Of a stretch of 64,000 nucleotides of DNA, positions 39,322-55,100 are shown one piece after another. The notes under the pieces are model-generated. The model had not been told where the DNA came from and searched no databases. It worked only from the letters and a program-made list of their open reading frames with translations. The translations under genes were made by a program, and so were the position numbers. The DNA is from Lytechinus pictus (Eukaryota): contig NC_087252.1 of assembly GCF_037042905.1 (NCBI RefSeq), positions 6,822,001 to 6,886,000 of the forward strand, given 5' to 3'. Numbering within the stretch: position 1 is the first letter of the stretch; each line of letters begins with the position of its first letter.

Positions 39322-40467
39322 TTCTTGTAAGGGATCTTAATAGTCGCCTAAGCTCTAAGGTAATAACGAAGGGAGTACCGATTCAGGCTGAAATTTTGTG
39401 CTTTCAATAGATATATTAACATCAGACAAACAGTGAAGGACTAACAAAGTTTTGACATTTCAAAGGTTTGCATTATCTCGGTGTAACAATGTTCTACGTC
39501 CTCATGAATATGAAATGAGGATGGCATTTCCCCTCTAAAATTTATCATTATCCGAAAATTTTCTCTTTTTTGTCATCAAAGAACGTAAAATATAGGATTG
39601 ATCTCTAATTTACTGTGTAAGATCATCATGACTGAAACTTGTTTCATTCCAAGGAAGACATGCTAATACACATTATGAAAACATGGATTAGTTGTGATTT
39701 TTTTATGCAGTAACAAAAGGGAAAGTGGGAATGTAACGTCACCAGCCAATCTATATTACCTTTTTTAAATTAAAATTTGATGAAACTGTCGGGGTATTGC
39801 TTTCAGAATTTGACTTTATTTATTTAGACATGATTATTTTAAGCTTTGGGTGTCCCTTTAAATGTGGAATTCTACCCGTTACAAAAATTTGTGTTGATTA
39901 AAATGAGTAAATTGAACGATTATCGCGTTAAAAAATAATAAGCAGTGCCTATGTACATGATCATAAAAATAATAAGAATCAAATGATCAATTGACTCAAT
40001 TGATTTATAAGTAAGCCATCTATTGCTTGATATCAGTGAGTCTTTACTTCTGACAATACAACATAAAACAAACAGAGACAAAACACCCCCCCCCCCCTCC
40101 ATGGCATAATTATGTAGACCTTTGACTTTTGCCATAAATAAATCTGTTTCACAGAGCGAAGATTTTAGTTTAAATTCATGTGATATAAAAAATTGATGAA
40201 CATTTGCTTTAACCTTTACTTTGAGACACCATAACGGACATGGGCAGTCAGTGAAAGTTTTGTTTATCGTTTTCGCTTTTCGCCATGTTTAGTCGTTGAG
40301 AACGTTACTCGAGCAGGCTACGGAAGATTGCGGAGCTGACATATGGACGCTAATTCGTATGTTTTGCTACAAACAAGAATGTCTGAATGAAGACTTTTAG
40401 TTCTGCCACAGAAGTAAGTGATGAAGAAAGAAAGACATTAGAACTCATAATTTAAATTGAGCATATA

Positions 40468-41435
40468 CAGTGCGTATCAAAAAAAAGTTTACACTTAGAA
40501 ACAATCCTGTCAATTTATACATTTGTAATATCCTGAAGATTTTTCCACATTTTAACATTGGTACAGATCCATTTAAGCAAATGACGATATAACTGTCAAA
40601 AAATATTTCCGCTTGAGTGATCACCACTTATATTAAGTTAGTGAAAAAAAGGATTTGCGCAGAACTTTGAAATAGTTATGTAAATAAAAGTAGACCTTAA
40701 TCATGAAGAACACATGGGATTTAGCTAGTAAAATTGATTTTACCTTTTTTAACTTGTTTCCTTGCCCAAAACACTTCGAAGAAGTGCATTGCGCCCCACC
40801 CTACTCCCCCACACACCGAGGCCATCATGCCGATATTTGCTTTACACTGAGCTGTGATTTACATGAAATGGCTTAGGCTTGATTTTCATTTTGTTAATCA
40901 TTGTCAAGCTTGGGAAAAGTGTGGAGAAACAAGCATGAAATGAAACATAAAATGTAAACCTACTTTAAATGATACAAACTTGAAAAAATGCTGGAGATAT
41001 AAACTTCTGTTCAGATTCAGTTATGTCCTCAGATCCAGCTGGCACAAAAAGTTAAAGGTTGTGCTTACTTAGTGTTGAAATTTCAATTTGGGTGGGTGGC
41101 AAAAGTGTTACCAAATGCTTAAATGTATCCGTTTTTATTTAAATTGACTAAAAGTGCGAGGGAAATGTTTGAGAAATGTTTCGCGGGGTAAGTTTGATTT
41201 TGCCCTTTCCCCTTGACACAGCGTAAAAACGAGCATTTCTGCGCAAACAGATTTCTGCGAGCATTACAAAAATGGACAGTGGTCACTCAAGTGTAACATT
41301 CTGTCAAAATTTTTATTTTCATTGGATAGATGAGACCCAAACCCAAAATCATATGTGAAAACATTACCCACATGTTGTATATTTTTTAATTCCCAGGGCT
41401 TTTTCAAAGTGTAAACCTTTTTTTGATACGCACTG
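40468..41435. mobile_element. Tc1/mariner-type MITE
   Basis: TA|CAGTGCGTATCAAAAAAAAGTTTACACTT ... AAGTGTAAACCTTTTTTTGATACGCACTG|TA. Confidence 0.9.
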
Positions 41436-44400
41436 TATAGGCCCAAGTCAGGAAACCCGAATGAACTCAGTTAACCTCATTTGCATAATATTGTAAATCA
41501 TTTAAGCGTGTGCTAGTACTGCCACGCCCAGTCATGTTCAAGTGGAAAAGTTATGGACAAATGAGTAGTTACCAAATCAGTGTTGCATATGAAAATTATG
41601 ATTGTTTGGTTCATATTCCAACAGTTGTTTTGGAGATGAAATTCATGTGGAAAAAAGGTACCAAATTTTGAAAGACATTTTGGAATGGTAAAGACGAGGG
41701 TTTGTTGCTCATGATACATCTAAATGTTGATGCTATGTTAACAACTTTGACAGAATTTCCAAGTCAGTAACTAAGTTTGGCAGATATTAATATCATTAAA
41801 ATTGAAATGCACTAGAGTGTGCACTAGGTTGTTTTGAAATGCAACCGCTTTCATTTATGTCCAAAGAAAAGTTTGGTTTGAGATAAACAAGAAAATATGT
41901 TTGTCTTGCAAAATTCATGGCAGGGACCAGATTAATTTAGAAATTCTATTCACTCTGCAGATCATTTATCATGTTTATGATCTAGTGGTTTGCATTGAGA
42001 TTTTACTTGGCAGTTCTGGAGTAGATATTAATTAAGGAGGTATCAATTTCTCAAGTGTAGAAGTTGAAAATTGTTTATTCAGTGCTCTAATTTACATATA
42101 ATTTTAGGTTAAAATGAAAGTCAATTTTGCACTGCAAAAGGAGTATAGTTGACATGGTCACATGAAATTTATCTCAACGAATCTGTGATGAGAAACATAA
42201 TTTATAATTGCTACAAATCAAGCAATTTTGATAGTTATTTGATAGTTATTTTGAGATATGAATTAACACAAGAACAGAACAAGCTGGAGCTTATCTAAAT
42301 ATTCTAGCACTCGAGCCTCCGTTGCTCATTTATTTTTATTTAGTGTCAATATCAGCTGAAGTTTAGAGAGTAAAATAATTGAAGTAAATTCAACTTTGAA
42401 GTGAAGTTATGTACATGCAAATTTATTTTTAAAGCACATGCAATTTCAATTTGCTGAGTCATATTGAGATTAAATCATTTAGAATTTATTTTGGCCTTAT
42501 ACAATTGAATGGTTAATATTTAGAGGTGCAAGTGAAAGTATAGGACTGTTTCTTCTTATATTCACCAGTCCATTTGATTGAAAACTCAACAGTATTAAAG
42601 CCTGATTGAGTTAATTTGGTATTTGTAAGTCGATGCCACTTTCTTATTTTGGATATTTGAGATATTTAGTCAAAGGAGATTATGCAAATTGGAATAAAAA
42701 ATATTAAGGCTTAGATTGAGGTTAAGTACATGAAGAGGTTAAAGGCAATATAAATATGTTTTGTCAAGAAGTATTCGATTCAAGCATTCCAGTTTATATA
42801 AATACATGGAGATTTATGATTCATTCTTTTCTGTTTTGCAGATCGAATAATAAAGCTCTACGGCTTTGAATATCAATTACGGTGGAACTAAATTTCTTGA
42901 ATCGATGTCACTTTTGTCAACAAATCTAAATCTATTCACGAGAAAGTGCTTCAGAAAGAAGTGATGACATTTATTTTAACATGTTGACCCTCCTCATGAA
43001 GTGTGCCAGGTACAAAAATTTACATTTCCACGCTCCCATCCATTTATTGACGATCAGCACAGGGTCGTCGAGCGTGTGTCAACTACGTTTCGTCACTGAT
43101 TTCACGAAGCGTTATAAACCCAAAACTTTATTTCAAACGGACCACTTCAAGTTTATCAAAAGATACGATGGGAGCCCCACAAGGACCCATTCTTGGGCCA
43201 TTCCTTTTTTTTTATCTTATTTTTTTCAATACAATAGATTAACGAAATGTATTCATGACGGTCATCAACGACACAATTCTTAAAGGGATGGTCCGGGCTG
43301 AAAATATTTATATCGAAATAAATATAATAAAATTAAGAGAGCAAAATGCTAAAAAAATCATCAAAATCGGATAACAAATAACGAAGTTATTGAATTTCAA
43401 AGTTTATCAATATTTTTTTTTAAACAGTGATGGTGTCACATCCCCACTTTACTTTTTTTTATTTGTCATTACATGAAATCATAAATTGTTTCATTTTTGT
43501 CATACATGTGCAAACGATGTGTTTCCATTTCGATGTAATAAGTTCCTGCAATAAATAATTAATGCACACACACAATCAGTCGTCTATCAAATTGTTTTGG
43601 TTCTTGCTAGAAAAAATTTGAATATACCTAATTTCATAAAATAAAATGCAAAATAACAAGTGGGGATATGACATCATAAGCCCACCTAATGAATATTCAT
43701 AAAGACATGCCTAGAACTTTTTCACCGGAAAAAATGCAAATCTTTAATATCAATAACTTCGTTAGCTGTGATCCTATTTTGATCAAATTTTCAGCATTTT
43801 GCTCGAATAAACACTGTGTTTGAGAACTATTGATGGTTAGGTTTGGGGGTATGAATGTTGATGTAAAATGAAAATGCGTAGAATTATTGATAATGTAGTC
43901 ATAAAAAATCAATACTGTATTTTCATTCATTGAATTTCGATATTTTCAGACAGTTCTCAATTATCGTTTAATTTTGATGCCCCCTCCTTTCAATCCAATA
44001 ATTATTCACCTCCTCGCTATTTCAATCATGAAAATGTTTAGTTTATGTTTGCCAGTGGTTAATTTGAGCAGGACAAAATTGTCTCTTTCACTTCTTCACA
44101 TGGTAAAACAATAACATCATTCGATATGAAACGATATTTGACTAAATGCCGCAATTTTATTTTGTCGTTACATTGAAATCATGTTCAACTATCATCACAA
44201 TAACACTATTTTCTCGTACACTACAAACGCTTTAAGCGACATTTATTTTTTTTCCCATCCGTTTATTGCATATATAACACGATATTTAAAATACAGCACG
44301 TAACACATGTTTTTCTCATGATTTTCTCTGTAAACGATCAGCATTTACAAAAAACAATTCAAATCAATTGCAGTTAATCACACTACCTCTATATTTTAAT

Positions 44401-46075
44401 TTATCATCTATATATGTTGGGCCACAGCTATATATCATAACCAAATAATATATTAGCATGATTAGAGAATCGTTGCAGATTTTTACCAGACTATAAAGCG
44501 GTGTTTTATAATGGTAGTCTTGATCCTCGAGTAGTTCACTGCATTGAGAAAGGTAAACACCAATAACTTGATTACCAACATTAAATTTGGTCAATTTACG
44601 ATGAAAATAGTAGTAACGTATACATTCAACATAATATCATTCCTATTAAAAAAAGGTAAGAAAAGTGTGAGCAAAATTAAATTAATAAAGAGCACATTTC
44701 ACATTCGAAATGTTCGATAAGTCACGTAAAGATGTAGGCCTACATGTATAAGGGAGGACCTTTAAATGGATAGGCCTATGTACTCTCCCTCCCCTTTTCA
44801 CTTAAAAAGCACAACTGTATACGCTGCATAATCAATGGCAAATCAAAGGAAAACATTAACGATCCAAGGCACATTTTTTTTGAGAAATTCAGGTAAAAAT
44901 ATAGTTGAAAAAAATAATATGTTTCATGCATCTTGTTCTGTCTGTTTCACTGTTTAATTGGTACATCTTCAGCTCAGCTATTACACAGTACTTCATCACC
45001 TTATATACATGTACACATGCATCTTCATCAACAGCACCAACACTAATTTCGCCCCCCCCCCCACAAAAAACACCGCACATACACCATCACTCACCGCATT
45101 CCTCAATGCAATGAGAATCTGATTTGTTAACAATCTGATCTATTTTATTATGTTCTGGACCCCTAGGCAGAACAGAGTGGTAAAAATTACCACTCTGAAT
45201 GGGCAATCCAGCCATTCATATGTATTTATTTTTATTTTGTAATTATATCTGATGTATTTTGTTTGTATTTTGCATGTTTTTATGAATGGAAAATAAATAC
45301 AATACAATACAATACAACTCCGCTTTCATTTGATTTGGTATAGCACTTACCGTTCTTACATTCTTTCGAAACAATAATTTACATGAATGATATGTTTCAT
45401 ATAGTCAGACTAACCTGTTCAGCTTTAATATTTGCTTTAAATAGGTGTCCAACATACGTTTCACATAAAGATATATCATACATAGCAATAAGGTTACATA
45501 ACAAACTGCCAACGCGACGTATTTAATGTGGATAAACTAAATATTATGTAGACATCAACCCTGGCATGAAGATATAAGGCTTTTTACAGTTTTCTTAATC
45601 TGATGCCATAGTAACACCAACGAAACCTACACAACCGATTGTACGTACATTGAAATAAAGTCAATCAGGGTCCCGTAACACGAAGCCTAGTTATCATCGT
45701 AGAATTTTTTTAAACGATTGATTGCATTGACTACAATGTACAATCATGCGTAAAATCAAGAGTAAATTTATTGTTTACCTTTTTGTTACGGGACCTTAAA
45801 TTTGGTTTCGGTGAGGATTAAAATAAAACGAAACAAAAGCATATTACTACTAGGAAAATTAAATCATATTTTTATATGCCTTCTGATACTAAATATACCA
45901 CTACATAGCATAATATATTCTAAAAGAAATCAAACTACAAATTTAATCTAATCAATGGACCAATGGTATCCAGAGAAAATGGAATGCGTGAGTTAATTAC
46001 GCTTAAATCTAACAAGTATGCATTGAGCTTCCGTATAAAACACATATTGTGAGGCATTGTTTTATGCTCTTGGCA

Positions 46076-46135
46076 TCACATCTCCAGAGTAGAGGCATAC
46101 AACCCATCATCCAAGTCATTAAGAGACAAGTAACT
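46076..46135 (-). CDS. Gene B last exon SYLSLNDLDDGLYASTLEM*
   Basis: TTTCACAG acceptor, phase 0, TGA. Confidence 0.75.
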   Translation of the reverse strand, partial: SYLSLNDLDDGLYASTLEM

Positions 46136-49100
46136 CTGTGAAATAAGACAAAATAGTTACAATTTTAATGTCATCAAAATTAGATTTCAAACCAATAATG
46201 ATAACTTCAAATTTACTTATATAATGACGGTACTTCACGGATTAAATTTATTTAGTTAGTCATTCATTTTCACAAAAACAATGTATAATACATGTTTTAA
46301 CAATCAATATAATATCAACTGCATGTCAATATAGACTCCTGTTAAAATAAGAAAAAAAATAGACTCCTTGTAATATCAAAGGTACACATAGAAATCATAC
46401 AAATTATATAATAAAAATGATAATGACAATATTAAAAATAACAGTGCAGTTCTTAATACGCATAACACCTACATGTCTCTATGCGCGAGGTTAGGATGTG
46501 GTTAGAATTGTAAATTTAATAATTAGATATCAAATGATTATACATAACATCAAAGAATATTAAACAGGGATTGAACCTACATGTGACTAAGTTAAACATT
46601 CTGAAAGAGATGGGTTTTAAATTGTAATGGAAATAAGTGAAGATATCATATTTTGTTTTTATTGCATCTTGCATATATATTTTTTTCATTGATATTATAT
46701 CATGGCATTAAAAATTAATTGTATAATGAATCATAAATAATATTAAATGATAAAGAAAAGCGTAGTTTTGTGTAAGAGAGACAGAATTGTTTTAATCTTA
46801 CGTGTGTCTTTTCTAAAATCATTTCCATACTCTTCAGGATGTGATCAAAGTTACTCCGATTTTGGGGTTCCTTGTCCCAGCAACCAGTCATAACTACATA
46901 CCTTTGAAATAAATAAAAGATGATGTTTATAAAAAATATTACAAGTGTTTAAGGAAGTATAAATGGAACTGATTTAAAACGTGGAATTATTAGAGGGGTA
47001 GGCCTATTTACTACATGCTGAACATTTTATGATTTAAACAGACAGGGTTAATTCACACTAAAAAAAGACTAGGAATTCCTTCAAATTCATATAATAACAA
47101 AGGTATAATATGTTAAAGTTTTGCGCTATTTTTTGGTGAAATAGTTGTACGCATGTCCACTCGAGTATACAATGAGAAAGCTGATTCTATTTTCTTTTTT
47201 CAGTATATATGAACTAAGATTTTTTTAATATTTTGTCCGCCTAAAATGAAAAGTAAAATGATTGATAAGTGATTTAATCTGTGAGATATTTTTTGCTGTA
47301 TTTTTTTTGGTTAAGAAGAAGACATATTGTATGCACATAAGAATGAAAATATGAAATAATAATAATTTCATGAAATTACTTGAGAAAAAAATAAAATGGG
47401 ACAAAACATCATCGGCTCTCTTATTAAATATTTATGACGGCGTACATGTAGCTGTTTTCACAAAAAAATCAAAATTCAATAACTTTGACATTTGTCAAAT
47501 CTTGATACAATCATCAGCATTTTGCCAAATTATTTCTGTTATACTTTAGATGAAAATTATTTTCAACCCGGAGTACCCCTTTAGTATAGGTCATTCAAAT
47601 CATGTTTCCCTATGATTGTGCGAAAAATCTCTATCTGTGAAGAGTGATTTTGTTTTTCTTTGTTGTGAATTTGGAACATATACGATAAATGAATTCACGA
47701 GAGTAAACAACAAGTGAAATTCTCTATAGGTCATTTTACAATCCTAGTAATCCTTGACAAGCAAGTTCTAGATTTTCTTATAAAAACTTAAGTATTACAC
47801 TTCTTGTGCACAGTGACGAGGGTGTGGCATCTGGTAACCATTAGCAACCTCCGTCTGAACCGAGCTGAATGTCATATTTGGGTATGGCCTTGCACCTATC
47901 AGAATGTGAAAGCAAAAATCATATTGTTAAGAATCTGAATATTGAATATCTAGAAGTTGCCCAAAATAATTATATATTATTAGAAATAGAAGTATGAAAA
48001 TTCTCATTTACCCTAAAGCCAGGGTAATAATATCCAAGTCCTTTGGAAGCGCATAGAGACGTTATTTATAATGTGTTATGCGCTTACAAGAACTGTCTAT
48101 TATTATTATTATTATGAACATGGTATCAAAGTTTGATTTCTTTTAATATCTCGACTCCGATAACCCCCTCCTCCATGTTTGCATATGTGCCCCCAAAAGG
48201 GGTAAATCACACGTTTTTTGTTCCGTTCAGCTAAAATTACTGGGTCTAATTTTAAACAGTATATCATTCATCTGATTATCAGTCACAGATTTAACCATAC
48301 CTAAGCCAAATAACTTTATTTGTAGCAATTATCAATAACTTTTTTAAATGTTCAACATCGCCCGGCGTTTTATTTATCATTAGAATGTTCGATATCATTA
48401 TCTTTCGAGCCGAATAAAGTTATCATGTACAATGTTATTTCAATATTTCCGTCATTATTGTTGGTGTTGTAGTAGCAGTTGTAGTCATGGTAGTAAGATA
48501 ATTGTTTTTGTTGTATTTTTCCTTTTATCATAATCATTTACCATTTTATCATCGACAACTGGTAGAGAATTATCATCATCGCCACCATCGTCAAACCTAT
48601 CATTGTTATTTAGTGATATATGACTAATGGGGCGTTGCAAGAAAGTTATGTTGCAATTGATTGCAAATCGACTGCAACTTTGCAGCCGATTCCGATCGAC
48701 TGCAACTAGCAATCAATCGCCAATTTGCGTTGCAAGAAAAAGGCTTGCGATTGAACGCAAGTTGCAGCTGATTTGCAGACGATTTGCAGCTGTAAACAGG
48801 GTCTGCAGCACAAGACTAGCTGATGAAGCAAAATAACTCTTGCGATAATCGTGACTGTGGAAGAGAGTAAGTAGAAATATTCATTTTTCACAGCTTTCTT
48901 TCTCCATTATGTATGTTTTCAGAGAATTTATATGTTTTAGACCTATGCCAGGGAAAAAAATATTTTGTAAAAAGTGAAAATGTATCTTTATCGCCAGTCG
49001 AAATTTCACCTTCAACAATTTTTTAAGCACACAATTTGAACCCAGTCCCGCTCTTGACTTTTTGTGTTGGTAATGCACGGTTGTACCAACACGACAGGAC

Positions 49101-52100
49101 ATTGCCGGTGCAGTGCTGTTAAAAATCACCCTGAAGCAAGTAAATTTGTAGGCTCTAATTATGTATGAAATATCGAGAATGACCTTAAAAGATTATTATT
49201 GTTCATATTTGAAATGATTTTTAAGTTATATCAGTTTCTTTCAACGGCGAATAACCATCCAGTAAATGGATTCAATGCAGTCGAATGGCCACAACTTTTG
49301 AGAAACACTCGACAGAAAGCAATTTTTTGTTTTTAACTAAAGGATTTTTAATTTAACGTTAGGCTTTAAATCAAAGACTTCCATTATTAGATCCTCTCCA
49401 TTAGTCTCTCTTTGTTAAGAGTCTGTCTAACCTCCCTTTTTATGACTTTCCTTGGCCTGGCCTGGGATAGAGTGAAAATTTGGCTCTTTTGACTTTGGAG
49501 GAATTTTTTTATTTATTTATTTAATTTTTTTTTTTTTTTTTTTTTTTTTTTTGGGGGGGTTCTCCACATATTTCGCCAGGCAAAAAACAACAACAACAAA
49601 GGTATAGGGGGTCTACATTATTAATTATTTATAAAGATGTTATTGGGCTAACCTATTGGCCACATCTGCCACATTCTTGGGGAAGTTTTTAACATTGAAA
49701 AGGGAGTTGCCAGCCCAGGGCTCAAAAAAAAAAAATACGGGCAGATTGCACAAAAGGTTCTTTGCAAGGACAGTCTATTTGTGTCATTGATTTGTAATGA
49801 TGTGCTGTACGCATTTTCAATATCCATCACATATAAGATATACATGTAAATACATTTTTTTAGATTTAATATGTAGATCTTCTATGCCTGGGAGGGGGTA
49901 CTTACATTTGGTTTGGACTTTGCGGCTGAAGGTTCAAAATCCATACCCATATTTACATGTCATTTTGGCTAAAAAGGTACCCATTATTAGGGATTCATTA
50001 CAGGGGCAGATCCAGGATTTTCAAAGGGGGGGGGGGCACATTTTCCCCTGGAAAATTCGACAAGCAAAAAAAAGAAAAGGTTATCACCCAAAATGTACGG
50101 TCATTTCGTATTTGCACCTAAGACAATGGAGTAGAATATGGACCCATGTTTAAAGCCAGTATCTAAACATTGGGCCATGTTTAGGGATTTTCCAGCATAA
50201 AACCATACCCATGTTTAGGGATTTCTTCCAAAAAAGCAACCCATTCCAGGCACATCCCTGTATGCCTTATTTCGTGAGTACCCCCCCCCCCCCCGGCTAC
50301 TATGTAGCTGACTCTTAAATTGATTTATATACAAGCACATGAATGGATTTAATGGATGATTACAATGCTTTTTCAAGTGCTTTCAGTAAATGGGTGTCTC
50401 ATATGGTGCATCATTATTAATATTGAGTGCATAATCATGATTTTTTTTTCTTTTTTTTACATCAAGCATAATGCTCGTAGGGGGCATATGGTCCCCCTTG
50501 ACATTTTTCAGAATAAATCTGCCACTCAAAATTTGATTACGGCACCGCTGACTGACGTTTTACTTTCAAGTCTCACACAACATTTGAGACCAAATTTCCA
50601 ATGCCAAAGGTGCAGGGTCAGGATATTGTGCAACATTGTGTTTGTTTAAGTACATGTCAGACAAAAACATGATTACATGTAAAAAGTCAATATTCATAAT
50701 TGGGTAATTACTTATTGACAATAGTAATTTGATGTCATTGATGATCTTTGGAAAAAAAATTGAAAAATACTTTTAAGAAAAAAAAAAAAAAAAAAAACAT
50801 GAAAGGAATTTATTTTGATACCAGATTTTTAAAGTAAAGTTGTTAGGAATGCTCTAAAAAGGAATATGTACACCAAAGTTTACCATTCTATTACAAGCTT
50901 TTTTTTGTAAATTAAAGCAAAAGGTATGATTTCATAGATTATTTAATTGTGCCACCCATGGCTGAGGAACCACAATGCCCCTCCCCAGGCCAGAAGTGAC
51001 CATAATCAAAACACCCTGGGACTACTATAATGATTAACACACTGGCAACTGAGCTTGACTTGTATATTAATTTCATGAACATGTTTTTATCTCTTTTTTT
51101 CATTGCTTACTACAGTTTAATGGATACGATGACAAAGAAGTCTGGAATAAACAAGAAACCTCAGAACCTCCATAACTGTGTCTGTTACAATGTATGTTCT
51201 TGCAACCAGCTGATTGATTCATTTTATCAAATGGTAGGCTAAATGTAAACTATTAATATGAATAATTTACCATGATCGAAATGGGGATGGGGGTGAAATC
51301 TGTACCAAGGATAATGCAAAATGAAAAAAACAAAAACAAATCCCTATCTTGACTGGACATTTCTCAGCAATGAAGACACCTCATTGATGGGGGGGGGTGT
51401 GGTTGTGCTCATCGTCCAAGGTGTACTGTATGGAAGTGTATATTTTGCTTTCATTGATTTAATTTATTGCGTATTTTAATTTCATAATTCATTGATTTGG
51501 GGAAAAACAGTAAGTTCACACTTTTTTTAGATTACATCATGGCAACTTGCAAATTATAATGGTCTCAGAAGTAAGCCACTATCCCTCTATCATATCATCA
51601 TGTCGGTGCAAACGCCCTTAGCAGCAGGCATAAGGGCATTTCTGCACCGATGGGGTGCACAAAAATGTTTTGCTAAGGGTGTTCTTGCACTGAAAGGACA
51701 AAATTTGAACTAACCCAAGCTATGTATTAGTTATGGGCTTGCATTATTTCCTATATTATTATTTTTTTATGAACAGGTTGATTATCAGAACTGAATTCAG
51801 AGCTGCTCCTGTCTGAAGTAACATCATTATTAGAGTGGACTTCAGAATAGGGGTTTTACTGGTTTAAAAACTTCACTCCATGGAGCTCTCCAAATTTATC
51901 TCAAATTAGACTGCTTCTGGAAACCAGATTTGTTCCTTCAAGCAGAGACACTTGCGGCTTTCCTGACTCAGGGGTGTGAGAGTTCAGATTTTTATATGAT
52001 TTCCGATTTTTTTTTTCAGCTTAATTTCAGCTTATTTTTGGCCTTCCTCTGTACAAAAAGTATGGGAGCTCTTTCTATTTCAGACTTTGTCAACACTCTT

Positions 52101-55100
52101 CAGCTTTTTTCAGATCTTTTTATTTGTGACCACTCACACCCCTGCTGACTGGACTTCTATGGATTCTTCATGCCAACCTTAAGAACTGTGGTCTTCTGCA
52201 TGATACACGTCAATTTCAAACAAGACATTCTGTGGTGAAACACTTGATGTAGATGAAATGAAATTTTATTACTGAATCTCAGAAGTAATTCCTCGGAAGC
52301 AAGAAACAATGAAAAATAAAAATGAAATGTCCATCAATAATGAATTTCTTGAGCAGTGTTCTTTTTTTGTGCACAGATCAATGAAGCATTTCAATTCCAA
52401 GCAGGTATGTAGTCAATGCTGACCTCGAGGCAACACTTTGCTGGCCTTGGTCTGAGACACTGTACATAATCTATGGGAAGTTCTCTCAAGCTGCCTCATG
52501 ACTCGGAAGGATCAGCCTCGACCTCATCCCTGTATCAGTGTAGTAAAATCACGCGAAATCGTCATTACGCAAACATGTAATAAAATGAGGTCACCACAGT
52601 GAATCGATAACAGCGAGAGCGCTGCACATTGCCAACGGTTCACAGAGATTTGCACGCAAACCTATGAGAAACAAGCGAGAGCGAACGATTCCACGAGCTC
52701 TTCCCCCCTCTTTCCCTTCCCGGCGATTTGTCCCAAAACAAAAGGATTTCCGCAAACTACGATACTTTGTTTTTCAACTTTATTAACATCCGATCTATCC
52801 ATGCCAATTAGATTTTTACCGTGCCATTTTGTTATAAATTAGCAAAAGAACATGTACATCAGTTTTGCCAAGCTGAATAAAACGACTGGTAGGCGTTTAT
52901 GACAGCCGTCATTCATGTAAACTTTTGTATCCGATATGTGAACTTTCATTCCACATGTAGTGTACTGGTATGTACACAACGTCGTACTATATACTACAGT
53001 GATATCGAAGGTTTTTGCGTTAGTATTAATATTCAGAGGTGAAAGCAACGGGAGCATATAAGATTGACATGTTCAATAAAATCCAGTAAAACTATATAAA
53101 AATAATGAGTCCTTGATGCATTTCACTGACACAGTGAAGGAATTATCAGGATCATCACATCATCACTTATTACAAAACAGTTGAACATGATGAAATTATA
53201 AAACTTACATGACTTGTCCAATATCACATGAATCATAATATCCCTTATTTTTCCTTTGGCTTTATAATGACTGTTGAGTGCAGAAAAGGGGGAAACGTTG
53301 ACTATTTTAACTGGTACTGGCTGGTTGTTCCCGTAGTCAGTTAGCGTGCATGTTTTAGGCCTACATTCACTATGATCACGATGGTCAGAGAACAATTTCC
53401 CTCAATTCTCTCTTATCATGCTTATCATTACATGTATCATGTGTATACCTGGGAGATGGGGTTTGGTGTGTGCATGGAGCTACTAACTGGTGTGGGCATG
53501 CAAGGAAATATACCTGAGGTATAGGCCTTAGTTTGTGTGTAAGTTCATTGGGCATGTTGGGTCGGCTCTTCGGTCAAGAGCGCCGGTGCTGTGTGCATCA
53601 TCGCACGGTGCAAGCTTCTGTGTCAAATACGCGCGAAACGACTAATAACAGGCTACAAAAATCACTCGACCATGCTGCCGCTATGCGAATTCGGTGTGCG
53701 AAGATTACGTAACTTTCACCAAAATTAACGCTACACCGTAATGACGATTTCGTGTTATTTTACTACACTGTGTATGCAAATGTGATATATATCTACGATG
53801 CAATCTCATGATTAAAGAGAGAGAAACGAGAGCTTCAGATTTTGAAGTGTAGCAATCTCCTGAAATTTATGTTTTATTTGAAAATCAAACTAAAATAACT
53901 TAATTAGGCATGTTATTCATTATGATATTTATGAATGAAAGCATTGAAGCAAATTGGTGCTCTTGCAAAACAAATTCTGAATTGTATTTACTGCAAACCC
54001 TCAGAAATACATATAACAATTTGCCAGTGCATGAAGTTTTTTGATAAAGAGTGGCTTTTGTGCCTGTGGAGAGTTATTATTTCTTTAACATTTCTTCATA
54101 CAAATTATTTCAGAAATCACAATTTGAATATTCCATGACCTCTGTTAATAAGAACAAAATATTTTTGGTGATTGACACACTTCAAAATGATATTAGGAGA
54201 GAATGTAGTGAAGTTGTGTGAAAATAATGGCATAATTGCTGTATGAAGATTGAAAATAAAAGTATTTTAAGTTTTTCTTGAAAAAACCTATGGAAAATTG
54301 AAAATGGCATAATTTACACAAGTTTTCAAAACAAATCACCCCCCCAATTTTTTTTTGGAAAAAATAGTACACAAGCGTATGGACAATCAATTGAACGTAA
54401 ATTGAGCGCAAATTTTGCGCGTCCTCCAAAATATTACATAAGTTACGTTCGATTTGCAACTAATTGCAAAGCTTGCGCTTGATCTACGTTCAATTGATCA
54501 AACGCAACTTGTTCTTGCAACAGGATTGAACGTAACTTGCGTTCAATTGCAGATTTGCGTTTAATCGGAGGACTTACGCTCAATTTTGGGAGTTGCGTTC
54601 GATTTGCGTTCAATCGCAAGTTTCTTGCAACACCCCATAAGATATTAGACTTTTACACGTAAAACTTCGTGCACCTCCTTTCTTACCCAGTGTCACGATT
54701 TCCCACAAGACGATACCAAAAGACCAGATGTCTCCTTTTATTGTTTGGTCACCCGTTGCCATGGTTTCTGGTGAACTCCATCTGGATGGTTTCTACATAT
54801 GACGGTGTGCAGATAACAAATAATCTTGCTATAACAATAATTCAAGCGATTGGTAATTATAATATGCAGTGAACCTATAAAATATCAAATATGTCTTAAT
54901 ACTGGCCGAAATAAGCAATAATAGACTGGTATGGTTGCAGGCTGATGATCAAAGTCAAGGGTCACGTGAGTTAGGGTTCCAGCCTCGCTTCATTTAGAAT
55001 AATATATTTTCATTTACATTATCAAGTTATCAAATAGGAGATTAATCTCTATGACAAGCCTACACCATAAACATTCATTATTGTAAGGCATAACGAGTCA

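Larger units (their letters stand above)
48628..54637. mobile_element. 6.0 kb TIR element (Harbinger-like, TAA TSD) in a kinase intron, with nested MITEs
   Basis: TAA|TGGGGCGTTGCAAGAAA ... TTTCTTGCAACACCCCA|TAA; TTGCG/CGCAA-rich subterminal repeats at both ends. Confidence 0.7.

Noticed and set aside
40236..43260. Possible decayed transposase or gene around the Tc1 MITE
   Set aside because: No open frame or diagnostic motif could be read
53745..53772. RSS-like CACAGTG-12 nt-ACGAAATCG on the minus strand suggesting a RAG/Transib end
   Set aside because: The first CA falls within the TGTAT TSD, the other TIR lacks the heptamer, the nonamer matches only 6/9, and no RAG-like ORF is seen
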